The notes beneath the pieces were generated by a model. It was not told where the DNA came from. It saw nothing but the letters and a program-made list of their open reading frames with translations, and searched no databases. A stretch of DNA of 30,184 nucleotides from Candidatus Bathyarchaeota archaeon (GTDB taxonomy: Archaea; Thermoproteota; Bathyarchaeia; Bathyarchaeales; Bathycorpusculaceae): positions 1-30,184 of the forward strand of contig CAVZPM010000017.1 of the NCBI GenBank assembly GCA_963777155.1, given 5' to 3'. Of the stretch, positions 9,717 to 19,120 are shown one piece after another. The position numbers were made by a program, and so were the translations under genes. Every line of letters starts with the position of its first letter. Within the stretch, counting starts at the first letter, position 1.

Positions 9717-11022
9717 TTATTTTGTTTGGTTAGGCGCAAACTCCCAAGCTATGTTGCCCTTCCAGAGTTCACCTTTCTTAGTTAACCGAATTTCTTTGTC
9801 GTCAATCTCGATCAATTCCTGTTCCTTAAGTTTCTGCAGTTGCTTTGGAAACACCTTTTCTGGGGTGGTGCTAAATTTCTCCATGAATTCTTTTTTGCTA
9901 ACTGGCAATCGTAGGTATAATCGTGTCATGGTTCTGCGCATCATATCTTCAGTTGTTGACTCGGAGAGTCTGCATATTGGAAGTTTTCCAGACTTCACAG
10001 TCTCCATGTAATCGTTTATGTTTTCAATGTTGGAATAGGAGAATTTCTGAAGGTACCCCATGAAGCAGCCTGCGCCCGTAGTTAAGATGCCTCCCCATGG
10101 CCAACCGTTGAGACAGTTTTCACGCATGTGCCATTCAACACGACTGTAACGGTCGTGACCTACTGCTTTGTAGCCTGCATCGGTGAGCATTTTGTGAGCG
10201 GTTATGAACATTTGCTTCTCGTTCTCAGCATCGCCTTGCGGTGGTGAGGTACCATTTTTAATCATTTTCTCTAAAATTGTTCCAGGATCTACATGTAATG
10301 AGTAAGCGTCAACTTCTGCATCTAACTCGATTGTCTTCTTAAGTGTATCTACCCAACTTTCCATTGTCTGCCCTGGCAGATTATACATGAGATCAACGCA
10401 GACCACTAATCCAAGTTTTCTTGCATGCTTTATGGCTCTCTCGACATCGACAGCGTTGTCGGGCAAGCACAATGCTTTGCGAAGTTTGTCGTCGAAGGTT
10501 TGTGCACCCATGTCCATCTGGTAGACGCCGTACTCTGCCAACTTGTCGATTTTTGGAAGTGCCAATGTCTTTGAGGACCCGGTGACTTTGATGAAGTATT
10601 CTTTGCTTGTGTTAAAGTTAGCTTTGCAAAAATCAATTAAATCAATTATTTGTTCCGCGCAAAGCACGCTTGGGGTTCCGCCGCCCAAAACTATTTCGTC
10701 AAACACGCTTGTCTTAACGTACTTGGTTTTAGCGTACATGGCAAGTTCTTTTTTGAGCAAGTCAAGGTAGGATCCAATCTGCACCTTGCTTGATGCAGTG
10801 GTCGGGAAATAGCAAAATGCACACCTACTGTCGCAAACCGAAACCCACGGTTGCAAGCTCCATTAAGCGGCCTGAAGTATTCTCGGTATCTAAGAATTTC
10901 ATGAAGGCTTCGTATGTTTCAGGTTTTATGCCTGGGTAATCCCTGTATGTGTAAGGCGGCCAGTTTTCCCGTGAATCATAGGCTTCTGACTTGCCTTTTT
11001 CAGGCTCAGAGGCTTTTTTCAT
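9717..11022 (-). CDS. HemN/coproporphyrinogen III oxidase-like radical SAM enzyme (one +1 frameshift near 10854)
   Basis: ORF 10825-11022 (WPPYTYRDYP...GRLMEL) joins 9717-10856 (QPWVSVCDSRCAFCYF, GGGTPS, GAQTFD, DLMYNLPGQT, HemN C-terminal RLTKKG). Confidence 0.85.
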
Positions 11023-11250
11023 TCGAGTTCCCTTCGATTGTACGTTTAAACGGGCCGCTAAGAATAATAAAGTTTCTGTTAGAATTTATTTTTTGTGTAA
11101 GAATTTAAGATGCTAGCTTTTCTCGATAAAGAGTGTGGAAAGGTTATTCCGAATAGCTCAAAGGCACTTTTGTCCCAAAGCCGGGAAAGCCAGTGCGCTA
11201 TGCTTCAGTAACATAAGACTAAAGGTTTTAGCAGTACACTTAATTATCAT

Positions 11251-12663
11251 CTAATGGTGTTGAAGGCTGGCTTTGATTCGCCAGAGGTTATAATTTAGTG
11301 CTGTTCTTGCCATGATTTTGCTATACAGGTTGCCTTTCAAGTACCCTTTAGCTGCTTCACGCATTATGTACTTTGGAGAGTAGAACCTGTTGTAGAATCG
11401 TTTTCTTATTTGAGTTATTTCTGATACAGGCAGATTTGGGTCTTCAAAAGTGGGATTCATTGTATTATAAAGCTTCCAATTTTCCGTCATTTTCCAACCG
11501 TTTTTTTTCACCAATTCGCGCAGGGCAGTACCCGGGTAGGGTGTTGCATAGCAGAGCCAAACATCATCAGGTTCAGCTTTGCGGACAAAATCTAAAGTTT
11601 CTTGCAGTGTTTCTTTTGTTTCACCTGGATAACCCAGAATCACTGATACGGTAACGAACATACCTGCTTCTTTTGCCCATCTAATTGCATTATCACAATG
11701 TTCGTTCGTAACTCCTTTCTTTAGTACATTGCGCATTTTCTGGCATCCTGATTCAACTCCGAACATAATTTCATTACATTTTGCCTTAGCCATTTTTTGA
11801 AGGATTTCTCTTGTCACGATATCTGCTCGCGTTCCACATCCCCATGGCAGGTTAATTTTTCTCTCAATTATTCCATCGCATATTTCCATGGTTCTTTTCT
11901 TGTCAAAAGTTAATGTATCATCTTGGAATGCTATTCCTTCAGCACCATATTCATCTCTTAGCCACTCAAGCTCGTCGAGAACGTTTTTTGGGCTTCTGGC
12001 TCTGAACTTTGACCCAAACATTTCAGAGGCTACGCAAAAAGAACACTGAAAGGGGCATCCCCTGCTTGTTATTATGGAAAGAAGTTTTCTTCCAGCAATC
12101 CAGTACTTTTCGATAGGCACAAACCTGTAGGCTGGACGTGGTAGGGCATCAAGGTTTTGGATGAAGGGGCGTGTAGGTGTTTGGAATATCTCGTTTCCTT
12201 TCCTAAAAGTTATTCCCTTGATATCGCCGATTTTCTGCATGCTTGTCGACTGCTGGGCAAGTTCAAGGAGGGTTTCTTCTCCCTCACCCCTCACTATAAT
12301 ATCGACTGATTTCTCATCTTTTAATATCTGTGCGTCTGCAAATGTTGCGTGTGATCCCCCCATAACTACTTTAGAGGTCGGGCAAACTTCTTTGGCTGCA
12401 CGAGCAGATTCGAATGCTGAATCAACCGTAGACGTCATGGAGCCTATCCCAACTATTGTTGGTTGGAACGCATCTAATTCGGCCTTAAGTTTCTGAGGAC
12501 TAATTTTGCATACTGGACAATCAAAAATTTTTACCTCAAAATCGTTCTCATCTAGTACAGCAGCAATGTATGCCAATCCAAGCGGTGGAAAAATTGGGTG
12601 GTGACCCATTTCTTCCATGTAGGGTGGAGTAACAAGCGCTATTTTATTTTTATTTGCCGTCAT
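11251..12663 (-). CDS. Cobalamin-dependent radical SAM enzyme (subtype C)
   Basis: B12 domain PLGLAYIAA...GGSHAT...GEGE; TSRGCPFQCSFC; FGVESG; TPYPGT. Confidence 0.93.
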   Translation of the reverse strand: MTANKNKIALVTPPYMEEMGHHPIFPPLGLAYIAAVLDENDFEVKIFDCPVCKISPQKLKAELDAFQPTIVGIGSMTSTVDSAFESARAAKEVCPTSKVVMGGSHATFADAQILKDEKSVDIIVRGEGEETLLELAQQSTSMQKIGDIKGITFRKGNEIFQTPTRPFIQNLDALPRPAYRFVPIEKYWIAGRKLLSIITSRGCPFQCSFCVASEMFGSKFRARSPKNVLDELEWLRDEYGAEGIAFQDDTLTFDKKRTMEICDGIIERKINLPWGCGTRADIVTREILQKMAKAKCNEIMFGVESGCQKMRNVLKKGVTNEHCDNAIRWAKEAGMFVTVSVILGYPGETKETLQETLDFVRKAEPDDVWLCYATPYPGTALRELVKKNGWKMTENWKLYNTMNPTFEDPNLPVSEITQIRKRFYNRFYSPKYIMREAAKGYLKGNLYSKIMARTALNYNLWRIKASLQHH

Positions 12664-12848
12664 TTGAATGCACGTTGGACCTTAAATGCGTAGACCTTGT
12701 TATTTGAACATTTGAACCTTTTGCTAAACTGCGCTTTTTATGGGAACTATTCTGCAGTAGTTAGATTCCGCCTTCAGAATGCATGTCTGTAGTTTGGGCT
12801 TGGTTTGGTTCTAAAGAAAATCAGACCAAGATAAAGGGGGAGATAAAG

Positions 12849-13978
12849 CTATTTTTTACGCAAACTCTCCGGTATATATGCGCATGCTGGGTCTGACTCG
12901 AAAATGTCGCCCGTGTATGCGTAAGCTCGGTTTCTGCATCCGCCACAAAGTTCTCGGTACTCGCACACTCCGCATTTACCCTTAAGAGCACTCCTGTTAT
13001 GGAAACTGCTGTAATATTTTGATTCTTGGATTTCCTTCCAAGCCGTGGTTAGGTTCTTGTTTCTAATGTTTCCCAGTATCATGGGCTCGGATGGCTGCAG
13101 GTCAGTGTAAAAGCATGGAATCAAATCGCCATTTTCTGTTACGCTCAGATAGCCGCCGAACGCGAAGTAAGTGCATTTGCCATGGAACTTTTTCTCGAAC
13201 CACTCGTTGAACTTTTCATCTGGGATTTTCTGCTTGACTACGCGGGCGTAGTGTGGGCAGTGAACATGAATTTCAAATTTGCCTTCGTATTTTTCGGTCA
13301 GATCCCAAATGTGATTTAGCACCCACTCGTATTGTTCAGGGGTTGGAGTTAACGCCATTGTTGATTTCGCTCTTCCACTTGGCACCAGATGGTTGTACCA
13401 TACAAAGTTCGCATGGTACTTATCCGCTAACTCGGCAACATGGTCTAGATGCTGGTAGTTGATGGTTGTGATGGTTGCGGCTAAGCCGTTTAGGATTTTA
13501 GCCTGCTGATAGTTTTTCGATTGCTGCCAGCGCTTTTTTGTAGGAGCCTTTGTCCCCGAAGTTGATCGTTGATTTCTTCTGGTCCATCGATGCTGACAGA
13601 AGTCCAAACTTGGTTTTTCACCAAGTTATCATAAATTTCTCCGTCAACGAAGCAGCCGTTGGTTAACAGGCACACGTTTAAGCCTTTGCTTTTAGCGTAT
13701 GTTACAATTTCAAAGATGTCTTTTCGTATTAAGGGTTCGCCGCCTTTAATGCCAAACCATTTTACACCGAATTTGTGTACTTCATCAACCAAATGGAAGG
13801 CTTCTTGCGTTGTCATCTCTCTTGGAGCGTGTTTTCCTGTTGCGTCAACGTTACAGTATTTGCATCTGGCGTTGCAGGCGCCTGTGGATCGCCAAGAAGT
13901 CATAAGTAGTGGACCTTTTTGGGTCAAAGTAACTCCTCTATCAGGTTCCCTTTTTTGTAAGTTAAGGGTTCTTTTCAT
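12849..13978 (-). CDS. Radical SAM/SPASM-domain protein (two +1 frameshifts near 13552 and 13499; start may be the TTG near 13927)
   Basis: CNARCKYC, KGGEPL, VSIDG; the corrected junction reads LRGKGSYKKALAAIEKLSAGKILNGL; SPASM CGVCEYRELCGGCR...DPAC. Paralog of 3343-4449. Confidence 0.88.
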
Positions 13979-14080
13979 CCTAAAAAGGATTGTGCGTTGC
14001 CTGAATGTTTTTTTTCACAAGGTGACCATGCAACTTTTCTGGCTAAGCAAACTAAAAAATTGTCATTTCGAATTTTCCAT

Positions 14081-14092
14081 AAAGCTTATAGT
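14081..14092 (+). promoter_or_regulatory. BRE/TATA box for propeller gene copy 1
   Basis: aaagcttatagt; counterpart aaagtttatagt at 18998-19009. Confidence 0.55.
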
Positions 14093-14184
14093 ACAAGTTA
14101 GTTATGTATACGTTTAGGGCAAGGAATCACGTATCTCTTGATAGTAATCCGAAACTTCGCCCAAAACCTCTGGGGGTAATTGTA

Positions 14185-16746
14185 ATTAACAAAAAAATAC
14201 CAGTCATAACTGCTTTGGTTTTCTTGATTGTTTTCTGCAGTTTTCGCTTCCATATCTGTTCACTTGCTCAAGCCGCACCAACGTTAGAACCAGTATGAGT
14301 GGACGCAGCTTCAAGGCGACTCCTCCAACACTCGCTTCTCCGCTGGACCTGCCCCGGACACCTCCAACGTACTATGGAAAGCCAACATAACAGGCATACA
14401 ACCTTACGTCATCTGCGTTTAACGGCAAAATATACGTCGCCAGCACCACCACCGCCTACGCGCTGGACCAAGCACGGCAACATCGTTTGGCAAACCGACT
14501 TTCCCAGACGCCACCACTTGGCCAGTCGCATACAAAATCGACAATCACCCACATGGTTATAGAAAACTATTGCTTTAACCCCGAAACCGGTCGCACTACT
14601 CTGGACAAGCCCCGACTTTAACGCTTACACGGGCATCTTCAACTCCAACGTGTACAGCCCAGAAGAGCAAATGTTCTACGTCAAAGTCGACAGCTACATC
14701 GAAGCTTGGAGCTTCGCCAACCCCTCGCAGCCACCCGACAATGGTTTGGCAGCACCTACATCCGAGGCGGCGGCATAACCGGCATCGGAACCACCTATGG
14801 CGACGGCAAAATCTTCACAGGCTCATTCGAAAACATGCAGTATGGCACTTGGACGCCAAAACAGGCGAAAGTCATCTGGACAACCAACACCAAAGGCCCC
14901 ATGATTTTCACAGGCGCCTACGCAGACGGCATCTACTTCAAAGGCGGAAGCGACGACAACACCATGTACGCCTTTAACGCACACGACAGGCGACATCATC
15001 TGGAGTTACACGCCCCGACACCGACGGCTACTTCGTCACGGGCTGCGCAGTCGCATACGGCATGGTCTATGAAATGAACAAGGACGGCTACCTCTACGCC
15101 TTTGACATGTACACAGGCGACGTAGTCTGGAAATATAAAGGTCCCAACGACTCGTTGATGTGGCCTGGTATGCCTACGGTTGCAGACGGCAAAATCTACG
15201 TAACCACAGGCGAAGCAGCCCAATATAACGGTCCAGCCGGCATCTCAGAGTTCTCCTGCCTAAACGCTCTACACGGGTGAACAGCTCTGGAAGCTATAGA
15301 TATGGAAGCGTTGCCTCCCCGCGAATCAGCTATCATCGCCTATGGCACTCTATACATTATTCCCGGAGACGTAACAACCTCCGTTGACACCATCTCAGGC
15401 AACGAATACGCAACAGACCAACGAAGTCTGGGCAATAAAAGACGTCTCAACCTCAATGAAACCCCGACCAAAATGTCTACCTAACTGGCGGCAATGGCGA
15501 AGCTGACCCAGCGCATTCCTCAACCGCATCAGTTGGTCCCTCAAACCTCATCTCTGTCATGGAAGTACGAGACCGGCGGCTCAGTTATTTCTTCGCCAAG
15601 TGTCTCCGACGACATCGTCGTACGTCGGCTCAACGGATGGCTACATCTACGCGCTGGATGCATGGGGCGGTAACTTGAATTGGAAATTCAAAACCGAAGC
15701 CCCAGTCGAATCCTCACGCTGCGGTAGCTAATGGCTAGGGTGTATACGGGCGGCGACGACGGCTACGTTTACTGCCTCAACCCCTGCACAGGCGCCTGGT
15801 CATGGAAGACGTTTGTTAACGGCAACTTAGGAGTTTACGTTTGGCAACTTGGTTTTGAAGTCCTCCCCCGCAGTAGTCGATGACACAGTCTACATCGGCT
15901 CCTCAGACGGCTACCTATACGCCCTAGATGCTGATAACGGGCAACATAACTATGGAAAACCCAAGCACTGAGGCCCCATAGAATCCTCCCCAGCAGTAGC
16001 AGACGGCGCAGTCTACTTCACCGCAGAAGAACCCACCACAGGCATGGTTCTACAAACTCGACGCCAGCCACCGGCCAAGTCCAATGGAACTTAAGCATCG
16101 CCTACCGCTCATCGTTTACTGGCGGCAACCAAATGCTTGGCTCCCCATCCGTCGCTGAGGGTAAAGTGTTTGCGTCTTCAAACTGGGGCGACTACTTCTG
16201 CTCTTGACACTCAGACAGGAGTGGAAATCTGGCACTTCTACGAACACCAGCAGCAGTAGAATTCATAGTTTCCTCACCCATCTGGGTTACGACGGCAAAG
16301 TTCTACTTAATTGACAAATTCGATCTTAGCCTGCGTGGATGCGGCAAACGGCAGCGCAATCTGGAGCAAATACACCGGCGACGAACTCTACGTTTCACCT
16401 TCATACGCCGACGGCAAAGTCTACATGGTTACCAGCCAACGCCACATATTCGTGCTCGATGCAACCAACAACGGAACCATAATCGCCAATGCCACCATCG
16501 CCTTCAAGCAGCTTGGTCTTCACCCAACCATAGCCAACAACCGATTATACATTGGCTGCAACGACTGGAACGTCTACTGCTTCGCATGAAGCCATAATAA
16601 ACGAACCCACAGCGAATACTCCTTCGGCAAACGAGCAGCTTCACAAAATTGACGATGATTTTGGTAACAATATTAGCTGACCTCTGTCGTAATCGCCATG
16701 CAGTAGTGCTGCAGCTTACGTAGCTACAAGCAGAAAAAGCAAGTAA
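14185..16746 (+). CDS. Secreted, C-terminally anchored double beta-propeller (PQQ/BamB-like repeat) protein, copy 1; heavily frameshifted (sequencing error or pseudogene)
   Basis: Fragments in different frames are collinear with 19121-21700: GGGITGIGTTYGDG, TKGPMIF, YEMNKDGYLYA, EALPPRES, TGDELYVSPSYADGK, GCNDWN. Signal peptide NKKIPVITALVFLIVF; TM plus basic tail ending at TAA 16744-16746. Confidence 0.8.
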
Positions 16747-16747
16747 C

Positions 16748-17213
16748 TTAAGCTTGAGCTTCCTGCTCCTAGTTGAAGTACTGTATCCTCCGGCGCTCTT
16801 CTTTGTGCCCCTCACCTTACTTAGTCTTCTAAATAGCCCACATAGCCGCTTTATTATTCCAGACCAGGTGGTTGAGGGCAGCGCGTGCCATGATTTGGCT
16901 GTAAAAGTCGCCTTTGAGTTTCTTGCGCAGGAAGTAGCTGTTGGTGAAGTAGTGGTCAAAGAATTCCTTCTTGACTTCCTTCAAGTCTCTCGAGTGGGAG
17001 AAGTGTGTTTGTGAAGATTTGGGTTTCTTCGCGGTACTGGTTCCAAGTCGAGGGCAACCTTCTAAGCCGAGTTCTTTGACGAAGCTGGCGAGTTCGGTGC
17101 CGGGGTACGGTACGGCTTCGCACATGTAAACGTAGTCGGGTTTGGTTTTGTGGAGGAAATCGATGGTTTGCTGCAGCATCTCAGGTGTCTCAGTGGGGTA
17201 ACCGATGACCAGG
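16748..17213 (-). pseudogene. 3' remnant of a cobalamin-dependent radical SAM gene, paralog of 28631-30110
   Basis: LVIGYPTETPEMLQQTIDFLHKTKPDYVYMCEAVPYPGTELA...SQIMARAALNHLVW matches the C-terminus of 28631-30110. Homology stops abruptly near 17213; the B12 domain and CxxxCxxC are absent. Confidence 0.85.
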
Positions 17214-17335
17214 TCGCGATCTCTGCTAAAGGCAATTTACCTTTTTTCACGAAGCGGAATTTCAGCGAACTTAGACAACCTTAATAATATGTAGTTTCCA
17301 TTAAACTAACTATTTCACAAAAATAGGTAAAAAAA

Positions 17336-18772
17336 ATGAAGACTCATATAACCCTTGTCAACCCGCCTTACCCGGGCCAATCATTTCCACATCCTCCCTT
17401 TCCTCCATTGGGCTTGGGCTATGTCGCCGCGATTTTGGAACAAAACAAATTCAATATTGATGTTCTCGACTGCCTAACCTACAACCTAAGCCACGAAGCC
17501 TTCAAAGAAGAAATAGCAAAACGGAAACCAGACATCGTCGGCTGTACCTGCAACACCCTCACCTACAAATCAGCTCTACAATGCCTAAAAGCAGCCAAAG
17601 AAGTTTTGCCCAACTGCATAACAGTTATCGGCGGACACCACGTCACCTTCGAGGATGAACAGGCCTTCAAAGATTTGCCTACGCTGGAGATCGTCGTCCG
17701 AAACGAAGGCGAATACACGATGTTGGAGGTCGCCGAACGGGTGGAGGCAGGCAAGGATTACTACGACGTAATAGGCACGACCGTCAAGAAACCAGACGGC
17801 ACAGTCGTGAGAAATCCCAAACGAGCTTACATCGAGAACTTGGATGAGTTGCCCTTCCCAGCCCGTCATTTGTGGCCACTCGAAGCAACCTCACAATATG
17901 GCAAAATTATGTTCGACATAATCGCAGGCCGCGGTTGTTCGTTCGCGTGCGACTTCTGCATAGAAGTTCGAATGCACGGGCAACATTATCGGGCGCGCAG
18001 CGTAAAAAATGTCTGCGACGAACTGGAAGAATGCAAGAAAAAGTACGATGCAGATTGGTTCAGCTTCGTTGACGCAGCGTTTACGGTTGACATGAAGTTC
18101 ACGGAAGATTTATGCGACGAGATTATCAAGCGTAACCTCAACATCAACTGGGTAGCTGGAACTCGTGTTGATATGGTTACCAAAGAATTGTTGCAGAAAA
18201 TGGCTCGGGCAGGCTGCAAATCCATGTGGTACGGCGTCGAATCAGGCGCACAAAATGTCCTTAACGAAATGCGTAAAGGCATCACGTTGGAGCAGACGAA
18301 GAAGGCGTTCCAATGGACTGTTGAGGCGGGGATGAAACCAGACCCAAACGTTGTCTTGGGGTTCCCAGGTGAAACCAAAGAGTCCGCATGGGCGACTATA
18401 AAGCTATGCCAAGAAATTGCGCCTATGTACATGGCTTCCTACACCATAGCTACACCATACCCTGGCACACCCCTCTACTACCTGGTTAAAGAAAAGGGTT
18501 GGCTAAAAGACACAGACTTCGACCACTATGACACAGCCACGCCAACATTCGAAACCCCAACAATGTCTATCCAAGAACTAAGAAAGCTTCGTGCCAAAGC
18601 GTGGTCAAGTTTCTACGAACGGCCAAGCTTCATTCGAGCAATGTTCAAAAAGGGTTTCATATATGGTTTAGCAGCTATGAAAGCAGCCGTCACTTTTAGG
18701 ATCATCGACCTCAGAATAGCACTTCAACCCAACAAGGTACCACCAAAGCCACCGTCAAAAAGCCACTTCTAA
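17336..18772 (+). CDS. Cobalamin-dependent radical SAM enzyme (subtype A)
   Basis: PLGLGYVAA, GGHHVT, NEGE, GRGCSFACDFC, YGVESG, TPYPGTP. Paralog of 24261-25682. Confidence 0.93.
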   Translation: MKTHITLVNPPYPGQSFPHPPFPPLGLGYVAAILEQNKFNIDVLDCLTYNLSHEAFKEEIAKRKPDIVGCTCNTLTYKSALQCLKAAKEVLPNCITVIGGHHVTFEDEQAFKDLPTLEIVVRNEGEYTMLEVAERVEAGKDYYDVIGTTVKKPDGTVVRNPKRAYIENLDELPFPARHLWPLEATSQYGKIMFDIIAGRGCSFACDFCIEVRMHGQHYRARSVKNVCDELEECKKKYDADWFSFVDAAFTVDMKFTEDLCDEIIKRNLNINWVAGTRVDMVTKELLQKMARAGCKSMWYGVESGAQNVLNEMRKGITLEQTKKAFQWTVEAGMKPDPNVVLGFPGETKESAWATIKLCQEIAPMYMASYTIATPYPGTPLYYLVKEKGWLKDTDFDHYDTATPTFETPTMSIQELRKLRAKAWSSFYERPSFIRAMFKKGFIYGLAAMKAAVTFRIIDLRIALQPNKVPPKPPSKSHF

Positions 18773-18801
18773 GACATTTTCTTATAATTCTTCTAAAATC
18801 T

Positions 18802-18882
18802 TTATATTGTACAGCATCGGGCGTTACAGGTGCTGGTTGCCCGCCAAGACGTCATCAGTAAAGGACCTTTTTTATCTGTCAA
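18802..18882 (-). pseudogene. 5' remnant (26 codons) of a radical SAM/SPASM gene
   Basis: Translates as LTDKKGPLLMTSWRATSTCNARCCTI*, versus LTQKGPLLMTSWRSTGACNARCKYC in 12849-13978. The upstream aaaa(a/g)gattgtgcg motif is also shared. Confidence 0.85.
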
Positions 18883-18997
18883 ATAACATCCATCCTTTTG
18901 TTTCGTCTTAAAAAAGATTGTGCGGTTCGGAGAAATTTGTGGTTCTGGAAGAATTATGCATATTTCAAGCCAATTTCAGAAAAACACTGTTTTCCGC

Positions 18998-19009
18998 AAA
19001 GTTTATAGT
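18998..19009 (+). promoter_or_regulatory. BRE/TATA box for propeller gene copy 2
   Basis: aaagtttatagt about 100 nt upstream of the CDS; SD-like GGAGG at 19093-19097. Confidence 0.55.
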
Positions 19010-19120
19010 GAAATAGATGCTAGAAAGTCTTTCGTGGGGTAAAGATCCAACGTTAAATATCAACAAAAATTTACTTATTTACTCTAATCAAAGGAGGCAA
19101 ATGATATTCAAAGAAAACTG

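Noticed and set aside
11161-11200. Possible cobalamin riboswitch or hairpin (gcact...tccc...ggga...agtgc) upstream of the HemN-like gene
   Set aside because: Short imperfect stem and no recognisable B12-box consensus; an Infernal search would be needed.
17214-18805. Mobile element carrying the inverted B12-rSAM gene
   Set aside because: No transposase or recombinase, terminal inverted repeats or target-site duplication visible at the junctions.
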